A DNA stretch of 64,000 bases from Escherichia coli (lineage in GTDB: Bacteria; Pseudomonadota; Gammaproteobacteria; Enterobacterales; Enterobacteriaceae): NCBI RefSeq assembly GCF_003334335.1, contig NZ_QOWQ01000017.1; one strand, 5' to 3'. Positions 23,702 through 36,703 of the stretch are shown piece after piece. The notes under the pieces were generated by a model. It was not told the DNA's origin. It saw only the letters and a program-made list of their open reading frames with translations, and did no database searches. The first letter of the stretch is position 1. Each line of letters starts with the position of its first letter. A program made the position numbers and the translations under genes.

Positions 23702-25234
23702 ATGACGCAGAAAATTGAACAATCTCAACGACAAGAACGGGTAGCGGCCTGGAATCGTCGCGCTGAATGCGATCTTGCCGCTTTCCAGAACTCGCCAAAG
23801 CAAACCTACCAGGCTGAAAAAGCGCGCGATCGCAAACTGTGCGCCAACCTGGAAGAAGCGATTCGTCGCTCTGGTTTACAGGACGGCATGACGGTTTCCT
23901 TCCATCACGCTTTCCGTGGCGGTGACCTGACCGTCAATATGGTGATGGACGTCATCGCGAAGATGGGCTTTAAAAACCTGACCCTGGCGTCCAGCTCCCT
24001 GAGTGATTGCCATGCGCCGCTGGTAGAACACATTCGCCAGGGCGTGGTTACCCGCATTTATACCTCCGGCCTGCGTGGTCCACTGGCGGAAGAGATCTCC
24101 CGTGGTCTGCTGGCAGAACCGGTGCAGATCCACTCTCACGGCGGTCGTGTGCATCTGGTACAGAGCGGCGAACTGAATATCGACGTGGCTTTCCTCGGCG
24201 TCCCGTCCTGTGATGAATTCGGTAATGCCAACGGCTACACCGGTAAAGCCTGCTGCGGCTCCCTCGGCTATGCAATGGTTGATGCCGACAACGCAAAACA
24301 GGTCGTGATGCTTACCGAAGAACTGCTGCCTTATCCGCATAATCCGGCAAGCATTGAGCAAGATCAGGTTGATTTGATCGTCAAAGTTGACCGCGTTGGC
24401 GATGCTGCAAAAATCGGCGCTGGCGCGACCCGTATGACCACTAACCCGCGCGAACTGCTTATTGCCCGTAGCGCTGCGGATGTGATTGTCAACTCTGGCT
24501 ACTTCAAAGAAGGTTTCTCCATGCAAACCGGCACCGGCGGCGCATCGCTGGCGGTAACCCGTTTCCTGGAAGACAAAATGCGTAGCCGCGATATTCGCGC
24601 CGACTTCGCCCTTGGCGGTATTACCGCGACGATGGTTGACCTGCACGAAAAAGGTCTGATCCGCAAACTGCTGGATGTGCAGAGCTTTGACAGCCATGCT
24701 GCGCAATCGCTGGCCCGTAACCCCAATCACATCGAAATCAGCGCCAACCAGTACGCTAACTGGGGTTCGAAAGGCGCATCGGTTGATCGTCTCGACGTGG
24801 TGGTACTGAGCGCGCTGGAAATTGACACCCAGTTCAACGTTAACGTGCTGACCGGCTCTGACGGCGTACTGCGTGGTGCTTCCGGTGGTCACTGCGATAC
24901 CGCGATTGCCTCTGCGCTTTCCATCATCGTCGCGCCGCTGGTACGCGGTCGTATTCCGACTCTGGTGGATAACGTACTGACCTGCATCACCCCAGGCTCC
25001 AGTGTCGATATTCTGGTCACAGACCACGGTATCGCAGTTAACCCGGCACGTCCGGAACTGGCAGAACGTCTGCAGGAAGCGGGCATTAAAGTGGTTTCCA
25101 TTGAGTGGCTGCGCGAACGTGCGCGTCTGCTGACCGGTGAACCACAGCCGATTGAATTCACAGACCGCGTCGTTGCCGTTGTGCGTTACCGCGATGGCTC
25201 GGTGATCGATGTTGTGCATCAGGTGAAGGAATAA
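23702..25234 (+). CDS. citF: Citrate lyase alpha subunit (citrate CoA-transferase)
   Basis: ORF 23660..25234; ATG at 23702 gives 510 aa MTQKIEQSQ... Confidence 0.9.
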   Translation: MTQKIEQSQRQERVAAWNRRAECDLAAFQNSPKQTYQAEKARDRKLCANLEEAIRRSGLQDGMTVSFHHAFRGGDLTVNMVMDVIAKMGFKNLTLASSSLSDCHAPLVEHIRQGVVTRIYTSGLRGPLAEEISRGLLAEPVQIHSHGGRVHLVQSGELNIDVAFLGVPSCDEFGNANGYTGKACCGSLGYAMVDADNAKQVVMLTEELLPYPHNPASIEQDQVDLIVKVDRVGDAAKIGAGATRMTTNPRELLIARSAADVIVNSGYFKEGFSMQTGTGGASLAVTRFLEDKMRSRDIRADFALGGITATMVDLHEKGLIRKLLDVQSFDSHAAQSLARNPNHIEISANQYANWGSKGASVDRLDVVVLSALEIDTQFNVNVLTGSDGVLRGASGGHCDTAIASALSIIVAPLVRGRIPTLVDNVLTCITPGSSVDILVTDHGIAVNPARPELAERLQEAGIKVVSIEWLRERARLLTGEPQPIEFTDRVVAVVRYRDGSVIDVVHQVKE

Positions 25235-25237
25235 GCC

Positions 25238-26642
<1,405 letters not shown>

Positions 26643-26692
26643 TTATTTAAGCACTTGATAAATTTGGAAATATTAATTTTCGGAGAACCCGT

Positions 26693-28156
26693 ATGTCTTT
26701 AGCAAAAGATAATATATGGAAACTATTGGCCCCACTGGTGGTGATGGGTGTCATGTTTCTTATCCCTGTCCCCGACGGTATGCCGCCGCAGGCATGGCAT
26801 TACTTCGCTGTGTTTGTGGCAATGATTGTCGGCATGATCCTCGAGCCAATTCCGGCAACAGCGATCAGTTTTATTGCGGTTACTATTTGCGTTATTGGCA
26901 GTAATTACCTGCTCTTTGATGCCAAAGAATTAGCTGACCCAGCGTTTAATGCGCAAAAACAGGCGCTGAAATGGGGCCTGGCTGGTTTTTCCAGCACCAC
27001 GGTATGGCTGGTATTTGGCGCATTTATTTTTGCATTAGGGTATGAAGTTTCCGGGTTAGGTCGTCGCATTGCCCTTTTCCTGGTGAAATTCATGGGCAAA
27101 CGCACGCTGACGTTGGGTTATGCGATTGTCATTATCGACATTCTGCTGGCACCGTTTACACCTTCCAACACCGCGCGTACCGGGGGTACGGTTTTTCCGG
27201 TCATTAAAAACCTGCCGCCGTTGTTTAAATCATTCCCGAACGATCCGTCCGCGCGTCGTATTGGCGGCTATTTGATGTGGATGATGGTCATTAGTACCAG
27301 TCTGAGTTCGTCCATGTTTGTCACCGGTGCGGCACCAAACGTGCTGGGTCTGGAGTTCGTCAGCAAAATTGCCGGTATCCAGATTAGCTGGTTGCAGTGG
27401 TTCCTCTGCTTCCTGCCGGTTGGGGTTATCTTGCTTATCATTGCGCCGTGGCTTTCCTACGTGCTGTACAAACCGGAAATCACACACAGTGAAGAAGTGG
27501 CAACCTGGGCGGGTGATGAACTGAAAACCATGGGTGCGCTGACACGCAGAGAGTGGACACTGATTGGCCTTGTATTGCTCAGCTTAGGTTTGTGGGTATT
27601 TGGCAGTGAAGTCATTAATGCTACTGCGGTTGGTCTGCTGGCAGTTTCGCTAATGCTGGCCCTGCACGTTGTGCCTTGGAAAGACATTACCCGCTATAAC
27701 AGCGCATGGAACACACTGGTCAACCTGGCAACTCTGGTTGTGATGGCTAACGGCCTGACTCGTTCTGGTTTTATTGACTGGTTCGCCGGTACCATGAGTA
27801 CGCACCTGGAAGGATTCTCACCAAACGCAACGGTGATTGTACTGGTTCTGGTGTTCTACTTTGCACACTACCTGTTTGCCAGCCTGTCTGCGCACACCGC
27901 AACCATGCTGCCGGTTATTCTGGCCGTCGGTAAAGGTATTCCGGGCGTACCAATGGAACAACTGTGTATCCTGCTGGTGCTGTCTATCGGTATCATGGGC
28001 TGTCTGACGCCGTATGCAACCGGTCCTGGGGTGATTATTTACGGCTGTGGCTATGTGAAATCAAAAGATTACTGGCGTCTTGGCGCAATCTTCGGGGTGA
28101 TTTACATCTCTATGTTGCTGTTGGTTGGCTGGCCGATTCTCGCCATGTGGAACTAA
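26693..28156 (+). CDS. citT: Citrate:succinate antiporter
   Basis: 487-aa polytopic membrane ORF. Confidence 0.92.
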   Translation: MSLAKDNIWKLLAPLVVMGVMFLIPVPDGMPPQAWHYFAVFVAMIVGMILEPIPATAISFIAVTICVIGSNYLLFDAKELADPAFNAQKQALKWGLAGFSSTTVWLVFGAFIFALGYEVSGLGRRIALFLVKFMGKRTLTLGYAIVIIDILLAPFTPSNTARTGGTVFPVIKNLPPLFKSFPNDPSARRIGGYLMWMMVISTSLSSSMFVTGAAPNVLGLEFVSKIAGIQISWLQWFLCFLPVGVILLIIAPWLSYVLYKPEITHSEEVATWAGDELKTMGALTRREWTLIGLVLLSLGLWVFGSEVINATAVGLLAVSLMLALHVVPWKDITRYNSAWNTLVNLATLVVMANGLTRSGFIDWFAGTMSTHLEGFSPNATVIVLVLVFYFAHYLFASLSAHTATMLPVILAVGKGIPGVPMEQLCILLVLSIGIMGCLTPYATGPGVIIYGCGYVKSKDYWRLGAIFGVIYISMLLLVGWPILAMWN

Positions 28157-28188
28157 TACGTTCGCCAAACGCTGAATAAATCATCACG

Positions 28189-28221
28189 CCCGCCAGGTAA
28201 GCCCACCTGGCGGGCTTTTTT
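28189..28221 (+). terminator. Rho-independent terminator after citT
   Basis: Hairpin CGCCCGCCAGGTaagcccACCTGGCGGGCtttttt. Confidence 0.8.
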
Positions 28222-28269
28222 ATGATTTAATAGATAGTATTCAGTGTATGTATGAGTTCCACACCCATT

Positions 28270-29076
28270 ATGAAAGCATTCTGGCGTAACGCCGCGTTGC
28301 TCGCGGTTTCTCTGCTTCCCTTCTCTTCTGCCAACGCCTTAGCGTTGCAGGCAAAACAGTATGGCGATTTTGATCGCTATGTCCTGGCCCTCTCCTGGCA
28401 AACCGGATTTTGCCAGAGTCAACACGATCGAAATCGTAACGAACGAGATGAATGTCGCCTGCAAACCGAAACGACCAACAAAGCTGATTTTCTGACCGTA
28501 CATGGTCTGTGGCCAGGATTGCCTAAATCGGTTGCTGCCCGTGGTGTTGATGAACGCCGCTGGATGCGCTTCGGTTGCGCTACTCGCCCAATCCCGAATC
28601 TACCAGAAGCGCGCGCCAGCCGAATGTGTTCATCGCCGGAAACCGGATTATCACTGGAAACGGCCGCTAAACTAAGTGAAGTCATGCCAGGAGCTGGCGG
28701 ACGTTCCTGCCTGGAACGCTACGAATATGCCAAACACGGTGCCTGCTTTGGTTTTGATCCGGACGCATACTTCGGTACGATGGTACGCCTGAATCAAGAA
28801 ATTAAAGAGAGCGAAGCCGGAAAATTCCTTGCGGATAATTACGGTAAAACAGTGAGCCGCCGTGACTTTGACGCCGCCTTTGCCAAAAGCTGGGGAAAAG
28901 AGAACGTGAAAGCAGTTAAGCTAACGTGCCAGGGTAACCCTGCGTATTTGACTGAAATTCAGATCTCGATCAAAGCTGACGCCATCAACGCTCCGCTTTC
29001 TGCAAACTCATTCTTGCCACAACCTCACCCAGGTAACTGTGGCAAAACCTTTGTGATTGATAAAGCGGGTTATTAA
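28270..29076 (+). CDS. rna: Ribonuclease I (periplasmic RNase T2 family)
   Basis: ORF 28252..29076; ATG at 28270 gives 268 aa with signal peptide MKAFWRNAALLAVSLLPFSSANA. Confidence 0.92.
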   Translation: MKAFWRNAALLAVSLLPFSSANALALQAKQYGDFDRYVLALSWQTGFCQSQHDRNRNERDECRLQTETTNKADFLTVHGLWPGLPKSVAARGVDERRWMRFGCATRPIPNLPEARASRMCSSPETGLSLETAAKLSEVMPGAGGRSCLERYEYAKHGACFGFDPDAYFGTMVRLNQEIKESEAGKFLADNYGKTVSRRDFDAAFAKSWGKENVKAVKLTCQGNPAYLTEIQISIKADAINAPLSANSFLPQPHPGNCGKTFVIDKAGY

Positions 29077-29305
29077 TCATCTGATTTACAAAACACGCTA
29101 ATTCGTCTTCCATAAACCAAGGCGATTAAGATTTATACATAATGCGCTGCATTGAGGAATTCCCTGAATGTGACGCAAATCACTTCAAAGAGTGAGCAAC
29201 AGTCAGTATCATCATGTGAGTTAAACCCTCGCCGCCTGACGGTGAGGGTTTTCTTTTGGGTATGTTTATCTGCGACACTCGCAGCACCGACGACATGGAG
29301 TAAAA

Positions 29306-29716
29306 ATGTCCAGACCAACTATCATCATTAACGACCTGGATGCCGAACGCATCGATATTCTGCTGGAGCAACCCGCCTATGCTGGTTTGCCAATCGCCGA
29401 CGCGTTAAACGCAGAGTTGGATCGCGCCCAAATGTGTTCGCCAGAAGAGATGCCACACGACGTGGTGACAATGAACAGCCGGGTTAAATTCCGCAATCTT
29501 AGCGATGGCGAAGTGCGTGTGCGCACGCTGGTGTATCCGGCAAAAATGACCGATAGCAATACTCAGCTTTCCGTTATGGCTCCGGTAGGTGCCGCACTGC
29601 TGGGGCTGCGCGTTGGCGATTCCATTCACTGGGAACTTCCGGGCGGCGTTGCAACCCACCTTGAAGTGCTGGAACTCGAATACCAGCCAGAAGCTGCTGG
29701 CGACTACCTGCTTTAA
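29306..29716 (+). CDS. rnk: Regulator of nucleoside diphosphate kinase (GreA/GreB-like)
   Basis: 136-aa ORF. Confidence 0.9.
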
Positions 29717-29946
29717 TCCCATCTGCACAAGCGATAACTCGCTTTGCCCAGAGGATGCACTCGCATCCTCTTTACGCAAAATCAGCAATTTTTCCTGGTT
29801 CTCACTGTTCACTTTTGCTGCAAAATTATTCCGTTTCGTTTGTGGGAATAACCATGGCAGAAGCATTTTACATCCTGATAGGATTTCTGATTATGGCGGC
29901 GATTATCGTCATGGCTGTCCTTTACCTCGAAAACCACTCCTGACGA

Positions 29947-31185
29947 TCATATTGTTCCCCCCGGCATCGCATTCACCAGACCTGAAACCGCCTTCTGCGC
30001 CGCCTCTGCGCTTTGTGCACCGGGTACCAGAATCACCTTACGGCACTCCTCTTCACGTTTTTCGAAAATCTCATATCCCCGGGCGGCCTCTTCAAACGGC
30101 ATATAGTGGGTAACAATTTCTTCTGGTTTCAGTAATCCTTTCTCAATTAACGGTAATAATTCTCCCAGCCATGCGTGAACGTGGGTCTGTCCCATTTTAA
30201 ACGACAACCCTTTATCAAAGGCGTCGCCAAACAGGAAACCGTGAATAAATCCAGCGTAGACGCCCGGTACGCTAACAATGCCGCCACGCCTGACCGCCGC
30301 AATACACTGACGCAACGCTTTACCGCTGCTGCCCTCCAGTTTCAGGTTAGTCAGCACCGTTTCCGTGGTGCTGCCTTTCGCTTCAAAACCGACGGCGTCT
30401 ATTACTGCATCCACGCCCCGGTGACCTGCCGTTTGTTCAATAATTGACTGTGCCGGATCGCTGTCTTCATCAAAATTAATCGGGATCGCGCCGTAGCGGT
30501 CGGCGGCGAAATGCAAGCGGTAGGGATGATGATCAACAACAAAAATCTGTTCCGCACCGAGCAACCGTGCACAGGCGATTGTCAACAATCCCACAGGACC
30601 AGCACCATAGACTGCAACGCTTGAACCTTGTTGGATCTGCGCATTTTTTGCTGCCTGCCATGCCGTTGGCAGAATATCAGAAAGGAAAAGCGCTTTATCA
30701 TCTGAAAGCAAAGGCGGTACTTTAAACGGCCCCACATTCCCTTTAGGGACGCGGACATATTCCGCCTGCCCACCAGGAACGCCGCCATACAGGTGACTAT
30801 AACCAAACAATGCCGCTGGAGCTGGTATCTGTTTTTTATTGAGCGCAGCGCCTTTACCCGCATTGGTATTTTCGCAGGCGGCATATTGTTGCAATCGACA
30901 GAAAAAACAGTCGCCACAAGCAATGACGAACGGAATTACCACTCGGTCGCCTTTTTGCAAATTTTTTACGTCCTTTCCGGTTTCAACTACTTCCCCCATA
31001 AATTCATGACCAAAAATATCGCCATGTTTAACCTGAGGTATTTTGCCTCGATAAAGATGGAGGTCAGAGCCACAGATCGCCGTTGCCGTAATACGCAGAA
31101 TAATATCATCTGCCTGTTCAACGCCCGGATCGGGAACATTTTCTACCTGAACGTGATGTGGGCCGTGATAAGTCAATGCTTTCAT
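29947..31185 (-). CDS. ybdR: Zn-dependent alcohol-dehydrogenase-like oxidoreductase
   Basis: 412-aa ORF with GHEFMGEV zinc-ADH motif. Confidence 0.88.
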
Positions 31186-31405
31186 GCAACCTCCAGAGAC
31201 AGTTCAAAAAAGAGTCAGTCTTTAAGGGTAGCTATCACAGCGGGAAAACGGGCGGTACCACAGGTTTTGGGAGAATTCCTGGTGTTCAGTGAGAATATAT
31301 TCATCACAGAAACAGTTCGTAAGGAAAAAGAACCAGACAAATATCAGGGATAAATATTATAATCATGGCGAATGATTTGTTCATGATTAACAGGGAGAAA
31401 GGGTT

Positions 31406-31834
31406 ATGTATAAGACAATCATTATGCCAGTTGATGTATTTGAAATGGAATTGAGCGACAAAGCTGTTCGCCACGCTGAATTCCTCGCCCAGGATGACGG
31501 AGTTATTCATCTACTTCACGTACTACCCGGGTCAGCCAGCCTGAGCCTGCACCGTTTTGCCGCTGATGTGCGTCGTTTTGAAGAGCATCTGCAACATGAA
31601 GCACAAGAACGTCTGCAAACGATGGTCAGCCACTTCACCATCGATCCTTCCCGCATTAAACAACATGTCCGTTTTGGTAGCGTGCGGGATGAAGTCAATG
31701 AGTTGGCAGAAGAACTGGGGGCTGATGTTGTAGTTATTGGTTCTCGCAACCCATCGATTTCGACCCATCTGTTAGGTTCTAACGCCTCGAGCGTGATCCG
31801 CCACGCCAATCTGCCGGTGCTGGTTGTGCGTTAA
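31406..31834 (+). CDS. uspG: Universal stress protein G
   Basis: 142-aa [16 protein letters not shown]... Confidence 0.92.
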
Positions 31835-31850
31835 TTGCCAGAATAAGTAT

Positions 31851-31886
31851 CCCGCCCTGCCCGGAGCCATCCCGGCGGGGCTTTTT
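31851..31886 (+). terminator. Rho-independent terminator after uspG
   Basis: GC-rich hairpin (ccgcc...ggcgg) followed by ttttt. Confidence 0.6.
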
Positions 31887-31893
31887 AATGCCA

Positions 31894-31925
31894 TAAAAAA
31901 GCCGCCAGGTTTGACCCCGGCGGCT
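31894..31925 (-). terminator. Rho-independent terminator after ahpF (minus strand)
   Basis: aaaaaaGCCGCCaggtttgaccccGGCGGCt; on minus strand this is a hairpin followed by a T-run. Confidence 0.65.
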
Positions 31926-31954
31926 AAGCAATTGCAGGTGAATCTTACTTCTTC

Positions 31955-33520
31955 TTATGCAGTTTTGGTGCGAATCAGGTAGTCAAAAGCACTCAGAGAG
32001 GCTTTGGCACCTTCGCCAGTGGCGATGATGATCTGCTTGTACGGAACCGTCGTACAGTCACCCGCTGCGAACACGCCTTTCACGTTGGTTTCGCATTTCG
32101 CATCAATGATAATCTCGCCCATGCGGTTACGTTCGACTGCGCCTTCGAGCCAGTTGGTGTTCGGCAGCAGACCAATCTGGACGAAAATACCGGCCAGTTC
32201 GATGTTGTGAATATCGCCGCTGACACGATCTCGATATTCCAGACCAACGACTTTGCTGCCGTCGCCTTTCACTTCCGTGGTTTGCGCATTCAGAATAATG
32301 TCGACGTTTTTCAGGCTGCGCAGTTTGTCCTGCAGAACCTGGTCGGCTTTCATTTCTGGCGCAAATTCCAGCAGCGTTACGTGCTCAACGATACCCGCCA
32401 GGTCAATTGCCGCTTCCACGCCGGAGTTACCGCCGCCGATAACCGCTACGCGTTTACCTTTAAACAGCGGGCCGTCGCAGTGCGGGCAGTAGGTCACGCC
32501 TTTGGTGCGATACTGATCTTCGCCCGGAACGTTCATGTTGCGCCATTTTGCACCGGTCGCCACGATAATGCTGCGTGCTTTCAGTACCGCGCCAGAAGCT
32601 GTTTCAATCTGATGCAGACCACCTTCAACTGCTGCTGGGATCAGTTTGCTGGCGCTCTGGCTGTCGATCACATCAACGTCGTATTCATCAACGTGAACTT
32701 TCAGTGCGCCTGCCAGCTTCTGCCCTTCAGTCTTCGGTACAGAAATGTAGTTTTCGATATCAACGGTATCGAGGATCTGACCACCAAAACGTTCGCCCAT
32801 CAGACCGGTACGGATGCCTTTACGTGCGGAGTAAATTGCTGCCGCTGCACCCGCCGGGCCGGAACCGACGATTAATACGTCATAAGCATCACGCTTGTTC
32901 AGCTCTTCTGCCGCACGTTTTTCCGCGCCAGTATCAATTTTGGCAACGATTTCAGTCAACGTCATGCGGCCCTGACCAAACTCTTTCCCGTTTACGAACA
33001 CTGCCGGAACGCCCATCACGTTGCGATCGGTGATTTCGTTCTGGAAGGTGCCGCCGTCAATTGCAGTGTGCTTGATGCGCGGGTTCAGTACGCTCATCAG
33101 GTTCAGCGCCTGCACCACGTCCGGGCAGTTGTGGCAAGAGAGCGAGTAATAGGTTTCGAATTCAAAATCACCGTCAATATGGCGAATCTGCTCCAGCAGA
33201 GACTGCGCTTCTTTCGACGGATGACCACCGGTCCACAGCAACGCCAGTACCAGCGAGGTGAACTCGTGGCCCAGCGGGGAGCCTGCAAAACGTGGCCCCT
33301 GGTTGGAACCTGGGTTGGTGATCAGGAAAGACGGCTTACGCACCGGCAAGCTGTTATCTTCTTTAAAGGTGACTTTGTCTGACAGTTCTGCGATTTCAGC
33401 CAACAGTTCCTTGATTTCTGCCGATTTAGCGCTGTCATCCAGCGTGGCAATTAACTCAACAGGCTTGGTCAATTTCTCAAGGTAAGCCTTGAGTTGAGTT
33501 TTCATATTTGTGTCGAGCAT
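31955..33520 (-). CDS. ahpF: Alkyl hydroperoxide reductase subunit F
   Basis: ORF 31955..33550; start at 33520 gives 521 aa [16 protein letters not shown]...; two CxxC motifs. Confidence 0.93.
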
Positions 33521-33764
33521 GTTTATCTCCTGGGCTTTAAACATCATCATGCAAGCGGCCTCTGCGGCTACCTGGATGCAGCTTGCATCATGGTGCGGGG
33601 AAGAAAATCGGGTGCCGCAGCACCCGAAGAATTAGGTGAATTTCCGAAGTATTTCGCGTCAGAGCAAGGCGGCTAGCCTGTGAATCCCCGGGAGCTTACA
33701 CAAGTAAGTGACCGGGGTGAGCGGGCGACGCCAACGCCGCTATGGCGTGAAAGACGAAGGAAAT

Positions 33765-34328
33765 TTAGATTTTACCAACCAGGTCCAGAGACGGAGCCAG
33801 AGTTGCTTCACCTTCTTTCCATTTAGCCGGGCAAACTTCACCTGGGTGAGAAGCTACGTACTGTGCTGCTTTGATTTTACGCAGCAGGTCAGACGCGTCA
33901 CGGCCAATGCCTTCAGCGGTAACTTCGATTGCCTGGATGATACCCTGCGGGTCAACAACGAAGGTCGCACGGTCAGCCAGACCTTCATCTTCACGCATGT
34001 TGTCGAAGTTACGGGTCAGGGCGCCAGTCGGGTCGCCGATCATCGCATATTTGATTTTAGCGATGGTTTCAGAACTGCTGTGCCATGCTTTGTGGGTGAA
34101 GTGAGTATCGGTAGATACTGCGTATACGTCTACGCCCAGTTTCTGCAGTTCTTCGTAGTGGTCAGCAACGTCACCCAGTTCGGTCGGGCATACGAAAGTA
34201 AAGTCAGCCGGGTAGAAGAAGAAGACGCTCCAGCGGCCTTCGGTATCTTTTTCGGTGATTTCGATGAATTCGCCGTTTTTGAATGCCTGGTTTTTAAAAG
34301 GTTTAATTTTGGTGTTAATCAAGGACAT
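33765..34328 (-). CDS. ahpC: Alkyl hydroperoxide reductase subunit C (peroxiredoxin)
   Basis: 187-aa [24 protein letters not shown]... Confidence 0.95.
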   Translation of the reverse strand: MSLINTKIKPFKNQAFKNGEFIEITEKDTEGRWSVFFFYPADFTFVCPTELGDVADHYEELQKLGVDVYAVSTDTHFTHKAWHSSSETIAKIKYAMIGDPTGALTRNFDNMREDEGLADRATFVVDPQGIIQAIEVTAEGIGRDASDLLRKIKAAQYVASHPGEVCPAKWKEGEATLAPSLDLVGKI

Positions 34329-34699
34329 CTATACTTCCTCCGTGTTTTCGATGAGATGTAAGGTAACCAATTTTTGCCGATTCGGCTAATGCGTTTCCAT
34401 TATCAAATCGATAAGTTTTACCTTACAACCTTCGTAAGACAACTTTGTGAACTTTGCACCGCCAGCGGCGATAAAAAGTAAAATGGCCCCCTTTCCAGGT
34501 GACCGTGTAATCTGAACTACCCTTTGGTATCTTCAGTGCCTGCCTGCAGGCTGAGGTGTTGCCCTTACAAATGCAACAACGACATGGATTACAACACCCT
34601 CATAAACAAAGGGCAATCACCTGATCTAAGCTCTTACCTATGACAGTGATAGGTTATGCCTTTTACTCGACTTTTGCACTGACTGAAAAGGACAAATTA

Positions 34700-35446
34700 A
34701 TGTTAAAAAAGATACTTTTACTGGCTCTGCTTCCTGCAATCGCCTTCGCAGAGGAACTTCCTGCTCCAGTAAAAGCGATTGAAAAACAGGGCATTACAAT
34801 CATCAAAACATTCGATGCCCCCGGAGGAATGAAAGGTTATCTCGGAAAGTATCAGGATATGGGCGTCACCATCTACCTGACTCCAGATGGTAAGCACGCT
34901 ATCTCTGGTTACATGTACAACGAGAAAGGTGAAAACCTGAGTAACACACTTATCGAAAAAGAAATTTACGCACCAGCCGGACGCGAAATGTGGCAACGGA
35001 TGGAACAATCCCACTGGCTCCTCGACGGTAAAAAAGATGCGCCGGTCATTGTCTACGTCTTCGCCGATCCGTTCTGCCCATATTGTAAACAGTTCTGGCA
35101 GCAGGCGCGCCCGTGGGTAGATTCTGGCAAAGTGCAATTAAGAACATTGTTGGTTGGGGTTATCAAGCCAGAAAGCCCGGCGACAGCAGCGGCAATTCTT
35201 GCCTCCAAAGATCCCGCAAAAACCTGGCAACAATATGAAGCCTCTGGTGGCAAGCTTAAGCTAAACGTGCCTGCAAACGTAAGTACAGAGCAAATGAAAG
35301 TGTTAAGTGACAATGAGAAACTGATGGACGATCTGGGGGCAAATGTCACGCCGGCTATCTATTACATGAGTAAGGAAAATACGCTACAACAGGCCGTGGG
35401 GTTGCCCGATCAGAAAACGCTTAATATCATTATGGGGAATAAATAA
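34700..35446 (+). CDS. dsbG: Periplasmic thiol:disulfide isomerase DsbG
   Basis: ORF 34640..35446; ATG at 34700 gives 248 aa with signal peptide [17 protein letters not shown] and CPYC active site. Confidence 0.9.
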   Translation: MLKKILLLALLPAIAFAEELPAPVKAIEKQGITIIKTFDAPGGMKGYLGKYQDMGVTIYLTPDGKHAISGYMYNEKGENLSNTLIEKEIYAPAGREMWQRMEQSHWLLDGKKDAPVIVYVFADPFCPYCKQFWQQARPWVDSGKVQLRTLLVGVIKPESPATAAAILASKDPAKTWQQYEASGGKLKLNVPANVSTEQMKVLSDNEKLMDDLGANVTPAIYYMSKENTLQQAVGLPDQKTLNIIMGNK

Positions 35447-35654
35447 AAGGTAATTCATGGATGGTTGAACTATATCCCTGCTTTTCAACCATCCTAAAAA
35501 AGCATGAATTGCTCGCTCTGCCCTAAGTGGCTGTGCTATTTTAGAAAAACTTAATCCTGAGTTAAGCAAAAAAACATAATCAATAAAAATATATACGCAA
35601 AAAACATTGATTAAGTGAATATATCATGGAAGAAAAATATAACCGGAGTAGTGT

Positions 35655-36557
35655 ATGGCCAATCTCTACGACTTGAAAAAGTTCGACTTAAATCTTCTTG
35701 TCATATTTGAGTGTATTTACCAGCATTTAAGCATTAGCAAAGCTGCTGAATCACTATATATCACCCCATCAGCCGTGAGCCAGTCGTTACAACGCTTACG
35801 TGCGCAATTTAATGACCCTTTATTCATTCGCTCAGGAAAAGGTATCGCGCCGACGACAACAGGGTTAAATCTGCATCACCATCTTGAGAAAAATCTCAGA
35901 GGCCTTGAACAAACAATTAATATAGTCAATAAGTCCGAACTAAAGAAAAACTTTATTATCTACGGCCCTCAGCTCATTTCTTGCTCTAATAATAGTATGC
36001 TGATCCGCTGCCTACGGCAAGATTCCTCTGTCGAGATTGAGTGCCATGATATCCTCATGTCAGCAGAGAATGCTGAAGAACTGTTGGTTCACCGCAAAGC
36101 CGATCTGGTGATCACCCAAATGCCAGTGATCAGCCGTTCCGTCATTTGCATGCCATTGCATACGATTCGCAATACTCTAATTTGTAGTAATAGGCATCCA
36201 CGAATTACTGACAATAGCACTTATGAACAAATTATGGCAGAAGAGTTCACCCAATTAATATCTAAATCAGCAGGGGTTGATGATATTCAAATGGAAATAG
36301 ACGAGAGATTTATGAATCGCAAAATCTCATTTCGTGGTTCCTCTTTGCTGACAATCATTAATAGCATTGCAGTTACAGATTTACTGGGAATAGTCCCCTA
36401 TGAACTTTATAATTTCTACCGTGACTTTCTTAACTTAAAAGAGATAAAACTAGAACATCCGTTACCTTCAATAAAGCTTTACATTTCCTATAATAAATCT
36501 TCTTTAAATAATTTGGTGTTCTCCCGATTTATTGACCGTCTAAATGAGAGTTTTTGA
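35655..36557 (+). CDS. ybdO: LysR-family transcriptional regulator YbdO
   Basis: 300-aa ORF with N-terminal HTH; AT-rich, low-GC coding sequence. Confidence 0.88.
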   Translation: MANLYDLKKFDLNLLVIFECIYQHLSISKAAESLYITPSAVSQSLQRLRAQFNDPLFIRSGKGIAPTTTGLNLHHHLEKNLRGLEQTINIVNKSELKKNFIIYGPQLISCSNNSMLIRCLRQDSSVEIECHDILMSAENAEELLVHRKADLVITQMPVISRSVICMPLHTIRNTLICSNRHPRITDNSTYEQIMAEEFTQLISKSAGVDDIQMEIDERFMNRKISFRGSSLLTIINSIAVTDLLGIVPYELYNFYRDFLNLKEIKLEHPLPSIKLYISYNKSSLNNLVFSRFIDRLNESF

Positions 36558-36703
36558 TATATAACTACAGACAGCTACTATAACTTTCATCTATTTATTC
36601 ACAGCGCGAATGAAAAATAAAACACTCTGCTTTACAGTGTTTACTTTATAATTAACAGACTTATCTCACTGATCACCCTGTAACGTTCAGAGAGCGTCTT
36701 CAG

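Noticed and set aside
32207-32875. 222-aa plus-strand ORF antisense to ahpF, and similar antisense ORFs in entF (55444..56025) and fepA (60911..61471)
   Set aside because: All lie within recognised genes on the opposite strand; no independent support.
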